DNA of 64,000 nt from assembly GCF_009914755.1 (NCBI RefSeq), contig NC_060930.1. One strand, 5' to 3'. The translations under genes were made by a program, and so were the position numbers. Origin of the DNA: the human T2T-CHM13v2.0 reference genome, Homo sapiens. Of the stretch, positions 43,326 to 59,100 are shown piece after piece (position 1 is the first letter of the stretch; the number at the start of each line of letters is the position of its first letter). The notes beneath the pieces are model-generated. The model saw nothing but the letters and a program-made list of their open reading frames with translations. It did not search any database and was not told where the DNA came from.

Positions 43326-43346
43326 CATGCACGCACGTGCATATGT
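43281..43346. repeat. (GT)19 microsatellite with continuing purine-pyrimidine alternation
   Basis: GT run at 43281-43318, then atgtgtgcatgcacgcacgtgcatatgt. Confidence 0.93.
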
Positions 43347-43378
43347 TCGCAATATAATCTTTTTAAAATTTTAGCGCA

Positions 43379-43885
<507 letters not shown>

Positions 43886-45101
43886 GCTGTGTGGGTGGGT
43901 GGACCCCCCACTCCTCATCCCAATGTTCGTTATTCTTTCTTCAGGCTCATGGAAACAGTAAAATGGGGAGGGGGGAACTGACCTAATTTTTGAAGCTTGC
44001 TCGTGGCTCTTTCTGCCCTCAGCTGCTCAGTACAATTCCCAGTTTCCAAGGATGGGCAGTGGGAAGCACATTGGCCTCAGAGTGAAGACCTGGCTCCAGT
44101 CAGGCCTGGCCACCAGCTGGGCTGGAGATCTTGGGCAAGTCCTGTGGGTCTCAGTTTCTTCATCTGTAAGATGAGGGGCCTAAATTATATAATTTTCAGA
44201 TTTCATTTTAGCTCTCAAATCTTCAACAGCCTAGAGTTTCTTAATAAAACCCATAGAGGATTGTGTTTTGTTGTATAGCACCACATAGAAAATTGCATAG
44301 CAGCAGGACTTGGGTGTATATGGTTGGTTAATCAGGGTTTTTCTTCCTCTTAAAGAAATTCTTAGAGACCTTTAAAAAAAAAAGAGAGAAAAAGAGGATG
44401 CTCATATAATTGGATTTTATTTAAACTATTTATGAAACTCTTGCTTCATGGGATCACTGCAGCTTTGCAGGCAGGTAGTGATGTGCTCTCAGTGGCTCAG
44501 TTTTATTTTCTCCCCTGCAAAAAGGCAATTTAGAAGTTTAGGAATTATTTATGGTACTGTGGGGATAAACACAATCTGCTAAGTTATTTTTCTTATATCA
44601 TTTTTTTTCAAGGTTCATTCCTGTATTTTAGGCTGGAAGCAATGTCTTCATGAAATGGCCATGTTGTTATGTCCGTGAACAAAATGAGGTAATGTCATCA
44701 CTAGGCAAAATTTATGCCAGGTTTTAAAATTGTGATTCTTAATTGGTATAATTCAAGAATTGGATATTACTGGGTGATTCTCAGAAATAAAGACTTGATA
44801 GTCACCTAAGTATGGCAAATGATGGTCTGAAAAAGTTTGAGTTTTCTTTACTGGAGAGTGTCTCCAAGCTCGGAAGAAGTAGCTCTGTTTGAGGGAGGGA
44901 GTGTGCCGTATTTTCCAGACTTCTTTGACCAGAGAATCCCTTCATGAAAAGATTTCTTCTATGGATCCTGTCCCAAGAAGGACACATGGGGACATGCCCA
45001 TCCATTGGCTGCTGGGATTGACAGTAACCTAGGAGGCTGAAGGAAGTGTTTTCTGGGGAAGCAGGGACAAACTACAGTAAGATACTCTTTAAAAATTTTG
45101 T

Positions 45102-45455
<354 letters not shown>

Positions 45456-45895
45456 CTAACATAAGTAATTCAGAACATCCATTTATCATTTTAGATTATT
45501 TGTCTGTGGAGCCCTGGAAACCAAGGGTTTGTGGGCTTCAAAGGCATTAGGAAGAAAAAAAGCTCTCAAAATCCATTATGTGTATTTGATACTCCATTTA
45601 GTAGAATCAGCCTTCCCTCTTTTCTTCCATCCCTGAAGCAAACTTTTAAGTATCTGTGTGGTAGGAACCATACCCACATCATATGGATGTAGAGAGGTGG
45701 TTTCTGCCTTTGGGGGACTTCCAGTCCAGTGGTAGAGGCTGATGGGTAAACTGCTCTGTCCAAGGTGCTATGGTAACAGTTGAAGGAGGAAATAGTTCCC
45801 TGAGAGCTTGTGCAAAGCTTCATACTTGGATGTGATGCTTGAGCTGACAGATGAAGTCTGAGTAGTTTAGACGACAGGGGCTGAGGGAAGAGGAG

Positions 45896-46030
45896 GTTTT
45901 TAAAGTACATTTTATTGTGTATATTTAAGGTATACAACATGATGTTATAAGATATATATATATAGTAATATGGTTACTCTAGGGGAATGAATTAACACAG
46001 CCATCATCTCACTTAGTCACCCATTTCCCC
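45896..46030 (-). mobile_element. Short L1MA 3'-end fragment
   Basis: ttattgtgtatatttaaggtatacaacatgatgtt...ccatcatctcac. Confidence 0.75.
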
Positions 46031-46785
46031 CGCTGTGTCATGACCAGCTGTTGGCTACTCATCTGCTGGTGCAGAGACGCAGGGAGGGAGAGGCGGCACT
46101 GTGTGTTTGGGAAGACTGACGCATGGATGTCTGGATTACACCATGAAACATGTTACTTAGGTGGAGGAGGTTGGAACCTAGATAGGGTCAGTTCCGGAAG
46201 GGCTACGAATGCAAAATCGAAGACCTTACATCTCATCCTTCTGGTAGTAGTGAGGCATTGAAATATTTAAAGTAGGAAAATAATGTGACCAGATTGATAT
46301 TTGGGTATCTGGCATTACTGTGGAGTGTGAGTGGAAGAAATGCAAGTTCAAAGACAAGGAGAACAGGCGAATTGTCTAGGCGCTAAATGATGAGGGCAGG
46401 AGCTGAAGCAGCAGTAGCAGTGGGCAGAGAGGGGGCCAGATTGTGTGCCTTTTAAGAGTTATCACCAGGCTTTGTGTGCAAGGGGACCACCTTCTTGGCA
46501 TGAGGAAAAGGTCATGGATTGAAGGAGCAGATTAGTTCTGATTGCAGCTTTCCTAAGCATAATTGACACACAGAACCTTTGAGCAATACTCTGCCACTGA
46601 TACCCTCCAAAGAATTGTAGGTGAATTCCACAGCATGCTTTTTACCCCCATTCTCTACCTTAAGCTGCCTAAATCATAATCACTAGTATAACCTCTTCCT
46701 CATGATGGAGACATTTTTAAAGAACATTATCCAGGGAAGTGGAAACTGTTAGGTGAAGGCTTTTGTTACCTAAGAAGGCAAAATG

Positions 46786-46954
46786 TACAAATGCTACTCA
46801 TCATCCCTACCTTATCCTCAATAAATGTTTATTGTGTTTTTGACCCACATTTGGTTGAAAACAGTCCATGTAGAAGTGAACCTGTGTAGTTTATTGAGGA
46901 TAAAACAATAAATGTTTACTGAGGATAAGGTAGGGAGGCTGAGTAGCATTTGTA
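46786..46954. repeat. Interrupted palindrome: 40-bp inverted arms (37/40) around a rearranged centre
   Basis: 46786-46825 versus the reverse complement of 46915-46954. Confidence 0.9.
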
Positions 46955-47559
46955 AGAAAGGTAGATGCTTGGCAAGTGAAGATGAACAAGGCACAACTGC
47001 CCTTAAGGATTGAATGGTTTGATGAGGGATGCAGTCTCACAAATAGCCCCATAAGCAGATATGTTATCAGGCTTGGAGGCAAGTGGCCTGCAGAATCAGG
47101 GAGGTTATCCCAGAAGAATTACCTTGAAGAGTGTTCTTTTACCTTCGTCTTGAAGAATGCATAGGCCTTTGCCAGCACAATAGGAAGGCAGGGCCTTCTA
47201 GGCAGATGGGATAGCACATTCAAAGATACAGAGTTTCGAAAGATCCAGAATGTTTATTTGAGGACAAAGAATCGCAGTGTGGTTGGGGTAGCCTAGGGGA
47301 CAGTGAGAGTGCTGGTGGGAGGTAGATCCAGAGAATCCTGGCATGTGAGGCTTTATACACAAAGCTAAAGGAGTGTGGACTCTGTGCTGTTGTTATTGCA
47401 GCCAGTAGAGACGTATTTGGGAAGGGAAGGCGATGAGAAAGTGGAAGAAGGGAGTCCGCCTCTTCATGTATTGTATACAATTATTTTATAGGTCATGCAT
47501 TTATTTGGGGTGTGAGTGTGCCTGTGAGTGTGTACACTCTCCCTCCCACTGCTTTCATG

Positions 47560-47950
47560 TCTGTTTTTCTGTATCCTTTAAGTTTTTTAATGCAAATACA
47601 AATATGTATTCTTTTTCTTTCTTCTTAAAAACCAAAGCAGCACACATTTTTTCTGTTTTTTTTTTTTTCACTTACAGTGTATTTTAGAGATGTTTGCACG
47701 TTAGAAAGCATTCCCATTTCTATTCACAGCTGCATGGTATTGCATTGTGTGTATGAACCATAATGTATTTAATCAGTGCTCCCTTGATGGGCATTTTGTG
47801 TGTTTCCCTCTTTTGCTATTAAAAACAATGTTTCAGTGAATAACTATGTACATGTGTCACATTTTGCGTGCAAGTACATTTATAGGATTTATTTCTTGAA
47901 GTGGAATTGCTAAATCACACAGTATATGCATTTATAATTCTTATAGACAT
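47560..47950 (-). mobile_element. L1ME fragment (antisense)
   Basis: gctgcatggtattgcattgtgtgtatg, ttttgctattaaaaacaatg, gaagtggaattgct. Confidence 0.7.
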
Positions 47951-48142
47951 CATGCCTATTAAGTAGACCTGGGGTGAAGCAGTCATATCTGATATGTGGA
48001 TTGAATGAGGGTAAGCAGTGAGCAAAATGGAGGATGGTGCTAAGTTAGCCTTGGTGACTCATGATGCCATTTCACAAGATGGAGACAGAGAAGCTATGTA
48101 GGTTGCACCCAAGCTTTTGAACTCTTAAGTCTGAAGTGTCTA

Positions 48143-48582
<440 letters not shown>

Positions 48583-48818
48583 TTAAGATTTTTTATATAT
48601 GTGTATATATGAAAATTATTATAAAGAAAGAAGAGAAAGGCCAAAAAGTATAAGGTTTCAGAAAAATAAATATTCTCCTGGGTTCCTTTATCTATTAAAT
48701 TTACTAGAATTCATTGGCATAAGGCAAAAGTTCTCATGTGGTTCAGGTCTTTATTTGACTTATTCATTCATTGTTCATGCATTCATTCATTTCAATATTT
48801 GCTGAATACCTGGTAGTA

Positions 48819-49060
48819 CAGATTGCATATCTCTTATGTTAAATGCTTGGGACAAGAAATGTTTTAGGTTTTGGATTTTGTGTGTGTGTGTTTTGGAATA
48901 TTTGCATTATACTTACTGATTTAGCATTCGTAATCCGAAAACTCGAAATCAGAAATGTTCCAATGAGCATTTCCTTTGAGCATCATGTGGGCCCTCAAAA
49001 AGTTTTGGATTTTGGAGCATTTAAGATTTCAGGTTTTTCAGATTTGAGATACTCAAGCTG
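48819..49060. mobile_element. Tigger4a/MER46A MITE
   Basis: TA-flanked CAGATTG...CAAGCTG ends; same family as 37831-38058. Confidence 0.85.
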
Positions 49061-49081
49061 TACCAATTAATGACGAAAATA

Positions 49082-49318
49082 TGGTCATCCCTTGGTATAC
49101 ATGTGGGATTGATTCCAGGACTCCTGAGTATACCAAAATCTGCACATACTCAAGTCCTGCACTTCCCTGAGGAACCTGTGTGTATGAAAAGTTGGCCCTC
49201 TGTATACATGGGTTTTGCATCCTGCAAATACTGTATTTTTGACCCACAGTTGGTTAAAAACAATCCGTGTAGAAGTGAACCTGTGTAGTTCCAATCTTTG
49301 TTGTTCAAGGGTCAACTG
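49082..49318. mobile_element. MER8-like (Tigger-derived) MITE
   Basis: TA|..GTCATCCCTTG ... CAAGGGTCAACTG|TA; 237 bp; internal sequence matches my recall of MER8. Confidence 0.8.
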
Positions 49319-49574
49319 TATGAGGCTACAGATGGCCCCTGCCCTCCTGCAGCTCACAGTCAGGTGGGAAATATGGTGAGGTAAATGTGTAATGTCAGTG
49401 TGTGCTGACACCTGCTGTGAGGAGAGCAGTACATTGCACTGTGGGAAGAGTAGGAGGTGGCATCTAGTGTGACTTGGGGAAGCTTTCAGAAAGGCCTCCT
49501 ACTCTGAGATGTGAGGAATGAGTAAGGGTTGGTGGTAACAGGGAGTGGGGGAGGGGAAGCGTGATGTGGGCTGC

Positions 49575-49880
49575 AGGGGCAAACTAGTTTGGTAAGGGGC
49601 CAAGTGGTAGGCATTTGGGTTTGGGGCGGCCTTGGTCTCCTGCTCCAGCTCCCCCATGCCGTTGTAGTGTGAAGGTCGCGGTGGCCATCGGTGAAGTGTG
49701 GCCGGGTTCCAATAACTCCTTATTTACGGATACAGAAAATTTCCCCTGATTTCCATGCATCATGAATAGTATTCTTCTTTTGATGTTTTTCAACCATTTA
49801 AAAAGGTAAAATTCATTCCTAGCTTGTAGGCCTTACAAAAACCAGAGGGTTAGGGATCCAGACTTGGCGTGTGCCTGTTA
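49575..49880. mobile_element. MER58B-like hAT MITE
   Basis: tgccgttgtagtgtgaag...gttccaataac...ttttttcaaccatttaaaaa... Confidence 0.7.
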
Positions 49881-52800
49881 GTCCAGGCACAAGGGACAGC
49901 CTGTTCAAAGGTTGAGGCGGGAGAAGCACACAGGGGCTTCTCTGAGAACCTCTTCTTAGGGGTCTCCTTGCCTCCAGGGTTTCCCTCCTCCAGTCTGCCC
50001 TGCTTGGAATCCCTGGATACATGCCTTGGGCTGTCTCTTTCATTATTGCCGTGCCTCTCTGGAAAATCTTCCGTGATTCTCCATGAAGGTATTCAGGGTC
50101 CTCCCCTCATCTTCTGCTTTGTTTGCCTCAGCCTCCTTTCATGAAGATTTGGGAAAAATCCTGCTCCACTGACAGGAATCTAGTATTTTAGATACGATTG
50201 GAGGTGCTGTAAACACTTCAGGGTTTTCTAGGCCACTGCTCATTCCTATGTATGCACACATAGTTTGCTTTCATTCTGAACTTTTTGTATATTTCCTGGA
50301 AAAGTTACTTTGGGATTAATTTACATATAAAAGTCCTATATTTTCATCTTATTTTTATCCTGCCACTTCAGGTATAGGGAAATAAATGAAAAAGTCTTCA
50401 AATGTTGACTTCTAAGGCTTTATTACCTCAGACAGCTTCATTAGGTTTGTGGAAATCTAGTGTGCTTTGAAGGAATTAATCTAGCCTTACTTGCAATCTG
50501 TATGTGTTTACATAGAATGAACAAACATTGCATTACGTTTCATGAAAATTCAATTATTCTTGTCTCCAGGAAACATGTTCTGCTTAGTATTTAATTCTCA
50601 AGTATGTCAAGGTGATGGTTCTTGAACTGTCGTAAGAATTGGGGAGCTGGGGCTCACTGCTCATTTCCATAATCAATGGAGAAATAGCCAGTGGAGACTT
50701 TTTAATCACTAAGGTCCTCATGTAACCCATGTCTGAGGTTACAGGGGACATTGGGGACATCAGTCTCAGTGGCATAAGGCTAATATAAAATCCTCTCTAG
50801 ATTTTTGTTAGAATGAAGAGAAGTAACATTAAGGATGATACTCTACATAATTAATACTTTCTTTTGGAGTTTATTATGCATATGTATGGTTTATTCAGCA
50901 GGCATTTTTTGAGATTCTATTGTTAATGAGGTACAGCAAGAGATGGAAAGGTAACAATCAGCTGGTATTAGTGTCTGTTGTGATTGGTTGGACCCTATTT
51001 AACTGGCAAGGATCAGTTTAAATGCTTTTATTCTTGAAACATTCCTTGCAAAGTCCGACAACTCATTTCCCACTGTATTGTTACTACAGTGAAGTGATTT
51101 TTTGGAAACACCTATCACATATCATCACCATGTCTTTTATAGTTACACAATAGTTAACTAAACTTATCCTTTTCTTCCACAAGAGTCTAACCTCCTTGAA
51201 GGTAGGACCATGCTTAATTCCTACTGGTTAGTGGCTGCAGTATTATACTGAAGAAACGGTAAGTCCGGTTTCAGCAGGCCGAGATGTGGAGGAGACGGTT
51301 TGGGGTCCAGAGTGGCCTAAGGGAATTATTTGAATCAGGCCAAGAGCATGAGTTTACTTCGAGTCTTTGAGGAGTGAGGTGTAGATGGGTGTAGCACAGT
51401 ACTAGGAGTTGAGAATGGATCAGAAATGTAGCTTGGGGGCTACACCAGGACGCACAGAGGCCATACTTAAGGGTTTGGAATGGGGCACCATTGAAAGTTT
51501 CTAAACAGAAATCACGTGGTGAGGTCCACATGGCCTTTTGGGGCCTTCCTGCCCTGGCCTTTGCCTGCCTTCTCGCTTTCTCTCCCACTCTTGCCCATGG
51601 GTACTCCATGCTCCAAGGAACTGTTGAATGTGCCATGCACACTCTGTTCAGCATTTCCCAAAGGGACCCTGGGCAGTCCTCATGCTCATTTTTCAAACCA
51701 TGCCATGGTTTGCACTGTTCACTAGCTGTTTGAGGGAAGAGGTCGGGTCTGTTTATTTCTTTGCCACCAGGGCTTCACGCACACCTAACCTTTAGTGGGT
51801 ACTTAGTAGATATTTATTGAATGTTTGGATGGGTGAATGCATTTTGGCACAAAACCTTCACTTCTGGACTGGAAGATAGATTGGATGGAGCAGAGACGGG
51901 AGGCAGTGAGACCAAGTGGAGCGTCATACCTGGAAGAGAAACATTGAGCCTGTGAATTACAGCTATAGCAGTAGAAATTCAAGGGGGGAAATAGATTCTG
52001 GAGACCTGGGCAAGTAGTACTGACGGGACCCAGAGATCAGCGGATAAAATGGATGCTGTGAAGGGCTAAGGGAAGTGGAAAGGTTGAAGACAGGCACCTG
52101 AAGCCCGCCTAATCATATCACTAGATGTTTTGCAGGGTGTGCGGTGGGCAAAAGTAGGGGTACGGGATGGGAGTGGAAACCGTTCTGTGTAGGTCCGTTT
52201 GAGAATCAGCTTAACTGAGGATTAATTGTCTTGGTTTGGAAAACTCCACTACTGAAGTTTGCACAACATAGTAAATTGTGGAGGACTAAAGCATCCTTCG
52301 CTTAACTATTCAATTTATTTACAAATTTAACTGCAACATCGTTCTGTAAAGGATATGAGATAGTGACATCTGTAGATACAGATATATCTGGAGAAAACAA
52401 AAACCAAGGGGCAAAAGGTAAAGGGAAAATAAGAATATGAAAATAACAAAGCTAGGGTAAGTTTGCACGAAGAAATATACATTTCTCTCAGTTGCCACAA
52501 AAAAGCATAGATTTGGATTTCAGCTGCCTAGTGGTAAAAGGAAGGAGGGAAACATAATTAATTAATACTATCTACAGTGTCTGCAAGATAAAAACGTGCT
52601 CATCCTTTTTCAGAGAAAGCACAATATTCTTGACAGAGAAAACTGAGAAAAAATTTCCCCTCATCTATGAGGCGGAATGTGTTCCAAACAGTTGAATTTC
52701 AAAATGAGCTTTCTGACATTCCTTAGTCTCTTCTTACTAGTATAATAGGATTTGATTTGCTCTGTTTAACATATGATGAAGTTAATTGTGAAAGATCTCT

Positions 52801-53435
52801 AGAATCCAAATCTGCAAATTATTTCCAAAACTCTGTTTTTTATCTTTTACACCAGTCGTTCTACTGGTGAGTCAATACTTGCAGCTCCTGTGTGTGTGGC
52901 AGGTTGCCAGGTGCCCCAGATGGTACCAAGGTATGTAGGAATTTTTGAAGGAGCTCACAGTGCCAGTGGGTAGTCTAGGCATAAACACATGGAAAGTATG
53001 TTAAATGCAGGAGTTGAATAATGAGGAACCGTACGGGAGAGCCCACGAAGCCGTGCCTGATTTACTGCTGTGCACCTGCTTAGACATCAGGTGGGGTCTG
53101 TGAATTCAAAAGATGACAAGACCAGTGTGGGCTGGAGGAGCCGAGGGAGGTTTAACAAGGAGGGATGCTTTTACTTTTAATAATAGCATCAATATTATTA
53201 TTATTATTGTTTAGCTTATACACTAAATTAAAAAATTGATTATTTTGACAAATCTTGAATTTTAGTACAATCTTTAGAAACATCATGTCCCTGGTTTGTT
53301 TGTTTTTTTCAAAGCAGTATGCCTAGTACTTTTATCAGTGCCATTTGGGGTTACTAAGTTCTCCCTCCATTTTTTTTTTTTTTTTAGACCCATGGACATG
53401 CCTTTCTGCTGTCACTTGTGAATGCTGTCAAATAA

Positions 53436-53818
<383 letters not shown>

Positions 53819-53839
53819 TTGTTTTTTAAGGAATAATCT

Positions 53840-54290
53840 TTTAACAGTTAACTCTCGGTCCCGATAATCTCCGTATAATCTTTGGATTCTCATTGCTCTG
53901 AGGGTAAAGGTCCAAATCTGTAGTGAATGTGTCCTCCAAGGCAATGCCTACTCTGCTTTGCTCTGACCAGCTCTCTGGCCATGCGGTCCCACCTTCACCG
54001 TCATTCCAGCTGAGCAAGCCTTTTGGTTCTCCCTTCCTTTGCTGGGACTGCCTGGGCACATCTGATGACCCTGTGACCCACTCCAGTAGCACCTGCATGT
54101 CTCGTTCACAGCAGGCATCACCACTGTAGTAAACCAATTGTGATTATGTCTTTATTTAATGTCATTGATTCTAGCTTCCCCTTCCCAAGACTGCAAGTGC
54201 CCTGAGGACAAGGACCTTGTTGATCATAGACTGCTGACCCACCAGCATCTAGCACGATACCTGGCACAGAGCGGGTGGTCACGTGTACTT
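53840..54290 (+). mobile_element. L2 3' relic
   Basis: ctcattgctctgagggtaaaggtccaaat...gactgcaagtgccctgaggacaaggacc...cagcatctagcacgatacctggcacaga. Confidence 0.65.
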
Positions 54291-55110
54291 GTTTTTGATG
54301 TCATTGTGAGGAGATTTCCTTTTCCGGTTTTCATTCAAAACCGTCTTGGTTATTGCTTATTTGTTTCTTACCCTGCAGATGGTTACCAAGCAGCTTTTTG
54401 ATTTTTAAATCTTTGCAGAAGATTCCAAAAAGCCCCTCCAAAGATGACACAAGCCTCTATTTTATTGCCTTTCAAAATATATACACTTTTATTGCCAAGG
54501 GAAAATTTTTGAAGCTTGGGTATGTGTTAGTCTCCAGGGAAGCAGCAGGGACGGCCAGATTGTGAGAGTGTTAGTGGAGTAATGTCTGATGTAGTTTACT
54601 GAGCAATTTCAAAGCAGAGTAATGGAGGTAATCTCAGAAATTCTAAGCAGCAGCATTGTAAATGCACAGAGAGAGAGTGTTGCTTTCATTTCATTGACCT
54701 GAAATCAGCTTGTTTCCCCCATCCTACTTCTAATTTGTTTTTATTACCTTAATATCCTGTGTCATGGAGGTTCTAAACATCTTTAGAATACAATTCTTTG
54801 GAGATCTATAAACTGCTGCTTTCTAATTTCATTGCTCTTAATTATAGGTCATTGAAAATGCAAAAAACAGAAGTAATGTAGGATAGTAGAAAGAGCTTTA
54901 TACTCAGCATCAGGAGGCCTGGACAATAGTTTTTTAACTAACTGATTACTGTCTGGCTGACTGTTTGCCCTAGAGGAATCCTTTGACATCTCTGAGCCTC
55001 AGTTTCTCATCTATAAAAGGAAGCTATTAGAAATGGTATTTAAGATTATTTATTATCTCAGTTTATACTCCCTCCATGCATCAAGCTTCATTTGTTCACT
55101 TAACAAACAA

Positions 55111-55415
55111 GGCTGGGCGCGGTAGCTTATGCCTGTAATCCCAGCACTTTGAGAGGCCAAGTCAAGCAAATTGCTTGAGCCCAGGAGTACAAGACCAGCC
55201 AGGGAAACATGGTGAAACCCTGTCTCTCCAAAATTACAAAAATTAGCCAGGCACGTTAGCGTGCATCTGTAGTCCAGCTACTTGGAGGGCTGAGGCAGGA
55301 GGATTGCTTGAGCCTGGAGGTCGAGGCTGCAGTGAGCTGTGATTGTGCCACTGCATTCCAGCCTGGGTGACAGAGCAAGACCCTGTCTCAAAAAAAAACA
55401 AAAAGCAAAAAAATA
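55111..55415 (+). mobile_element. AluJ inserted in an L2 tail
   Basis: attgcttgagcccaggag, ggtcgaggctgcagtgagctgtgat. The L2 resumes with tatttattgtatgcctactatgtgccagg. Confidence 0.92.
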
Positions 55416-55628
55416 AACAAATATTTATTGTATGCCTACTATGTGCCAGGTACTCTCCCAGGTGCTTGAGATACAGCAGAGTACAAACAAAGCCGTGTTC
55501 TTGTCCTCCTACAGCTTGCATTCACGCAGCATTTGAAGGGCTTACTATTTAGTCCCAATTTATGAAAGGTTCTGTGTGATTAAAGGCTGTGGCTGGAGAA
55601 TATGTTGAATAAAGAGATGGGCAGGGTT

Positions 55629-56131
<503 letters not shown>

Positions 56132-59100
56132 TTACCTCGCCTTGGTAAGGGTCTCCCCTGCTGTTGGATTTAGCTTCCAGTTGTGTCATTTCAAATGCCC
56201 GTGATCCTCTACTGTGTGCAAGACAAAAGTACGAATACTTGCTTGTCCAGCCAGGCCCCGAGCCACCCTCCTCCCTTTCCCCTACATATGTCCACGTCAG
56301 TGGGCAAGCTGGCAGCCCGGTGTCTCCAGCACATGGGGTGTACCCTGTCTCATCTGCAGGCCATTGTGTGTGTGTTCACAGTTCAGAAGCTGACTCACTA
56401 TCTCTGCCTGCCAACATCCTCCACCACACCCACCTCCCACCCCTATGGTCAGGGGGCATGGGTATTGAATGGCAGTGCCATCAGAGCTTGCCAGCACCCT
56501 GTCACCCAATTCTCGGCCACTGGGATCAGAGATTATTTCTTCCTCCCTGAATCTCTCAGTCCCTGCTGCACCATCCACAGCTGCGGGGGAAGGGCTGGCC
56601 GACGTTTTTGATCTTGTTTTCCGTGCCTATCACAATGCCTGTCACATACCAGATCCCCTGAAATTGTTTGTTGAGCAGACTGTTATCATAATCTCCTGTG
56701 ATATTTACCACATTTTACCTTTTGACATGGTTATTTGAGAATATTTTTAAACTTTCTAGGTCTGAGCTCTTTGATAACAGGGCCTGTGTTTTATTTATTT
56801 TTTAATCTCCTAAAGCACCTGGTTCTTGGACTCCATGAATATTTAATAGCCTGAAATAAACAGAATTTAATTCCTGGATAGTTGAATTTGAGAGGTGGAA
56901 ATAAACATAGGGTTTTTATTTCTGTTTCTCTCAGGGGAAACTGAGTCAAAGAAAAATAAGTAACTCACAAGCTGATGTGTCAACCAAGGCTATAAATCCA
57001 GGGAGAAATTCAGCAATAGAAGAGCATTGTAATATTAGAAAGCTTCCAGATCTCCCCACTCAGGAGTATTTCCTACCTGTAACACACAGATCCGTCGTAC
57101 AAATTATGCTTTGTTTGCTGAAAAGCCTCCTGAAGCTGAATGGGTTTACTTTGGCATCAGCGGAGGCCATGATTGAGGGCGGAGATGAGACATTGGATCG
57201 CTCTTGTGTGGCTTCCGCATGGCCGTCGTGGTTCCTCTGCCCAGCCCTCTCCTGCGAGGGACTCGATCAGCTCCAGGGCGCAGCTTGTGTGTCTGCTCCC
57301 ATGGCCAAGTCCCCTTGGCTCCCTTCCCCTTGGCTCTGGTTTGGCTTGACTCTGCCTTCTGCTCCTCAGGTCTGTCTAGGTTTAGTCCTGTGTAATCATT
57401 TGCAGCAAAGCCTGCCCATGACTGGAAATGCAGTCCTGGCTTGGCAGGAAAGGGGTTTGTGCAAGAGCTGGCTGTACCTGTGTCTGAAACACCTGAGGCC
57501 CTTCCAGGGCTAGGGATGCAAGAAGCCTGGGCTGGCAAAGCTGGCCTTCCTGCCAGGGCTGAGGAGCACTGGAGCCCTAGAAGGGGACTGCTGTCCAGCC
57601 CCTTGGCCAGCCAGAGCAAGGGCCACTGTAGTCAAACATGAATTCACAAATGGGAAGAGCAGGAGGTGACTCAGATCCACCTCCCCCATAACTGCTAATC
57701 ATAGTGAATTATTAAGAGCATAAAATCAGGATCTTGTTTCCCACATAGAGATCAGGCCCATCAGCCCTGAGCAGTTATATAATCCACCTCATACACGTGG
57801 ATAATATTGAGACTGGCACTTCCAAGCAGAAGCCTGCTAAATAAGGACATGTTTGTTGTTTCTTCTACCTCATCAAAATGTCTGTTTCTTATTCCTAAGA
57901 ATGGCAGGGAGTAAAGGATTATTTATTTCCCTTGATATTTTTCATTTCAAGAATCAACATGGGCAGGTTTACAGTGTTCACAAACATGCTGGTAGCAATT
58001 TGATTGCAGGAAGAATGAAATTTTGCCAGGCAAGTGCAGATTTGTCTGTTGTGGTGAGAAGGGCCATCCATGACTGTACAAATGGTGCCATTCTACCCTG
58101 AAGATACATTTTAACAAGGATGGTGGTAGTAGTTTTTATTCTTTTGTTCTCTCAGATGCATTCCATTAAAATTAAAGCATGAAATATATTAATTTGATGA
58201 AATGGATTTGTTTCCACTTGATGTGTTGCTTTGTGAAACGTTAACATTGTCTCTTAATGTTCAACAGAACTGATGACACTGGTCCATGTGGCCAGCATGG
58301 AGGGAAACATGATTCCTCTGAGAGCAGTCTAATAATCCGTGTCTTGGACCTGCATTACTTCTAAGAAAAACAAATTAGTTTAACGTATTTCTAGAAATGG
58401 AAACTCTTGGATACATCAGAAACAAATTTGAATTTAGGCAATCTAATTAACCTTTAGCTAAAAATGTTGGTATTTTCACAACTCTTTTGGACAGAGTTCG
58501 TTGTTAGTGGTTGCTTCAAACTTTTTTTCCAGATCTTTTATCTCTAAAAAGCAATTTATGATTTTTTTTTTGACCCTAGTATACTGGGATGTCTTTTCGA
58601 TTTGATTTTCTTATATTATTCTGGCTCCACTTTTGTGGGAACTTCTTTCCTTTCCTCTTTTGTGCTGTTGGCTCAGTGACCCAGCCACCTTTGTGGGCGG
58701 TGGTGGAATGTGCTCCGGTTGCCTGCTGCCCATGTCGGTGTGCCCAGAGCGGGAGGGACATCATTTTGACCACAGCACTTTGGCCTTAGAATGATGCAGA
58801 GACTCCATGTCACTGCCTGTTCCTCTTGCTTTACTCTTTTTAAAAAAAGACTTCTATTCTTTCCATTAAAGTTTACTCCCTTTCTAGCTTAAGGAGTCAA
58901 ATCATTCTGCAAAGTTTAGTGCCAAGCCCCAGCAGTCTCCTGTATGCCTTTCCCTTTTCCCCACCTCCCTCCACCTTCCTATTTCTTCCTCCTTAGAGGC
59001 TGCCAGTTTCAACTGTTTGACATCTGAGTCTTTGGAATCATTCTCTGTATCTCTAAGTAACATGTTCGTATTGCTGCTCCTTGATTTCTTTCCGCTTTAA

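Noticed and set aside
46786-46954. Pre-miRNA or intact MITE call for the inverted repeat
   Set aside because: The ~89-nt rearranged centre is too long for a pre-miRNA loop and I cannot match the arms to a known TIR family. Kept only as an interrupted palindrome.
56977-57619. Longest ORFs in the track (178 aa on +, 157 aa on -)
   Set aside because: Non-ATG starts, no recognisable domain, and overlapping on opposite strands in GC-richer sequence; consistent with chance.
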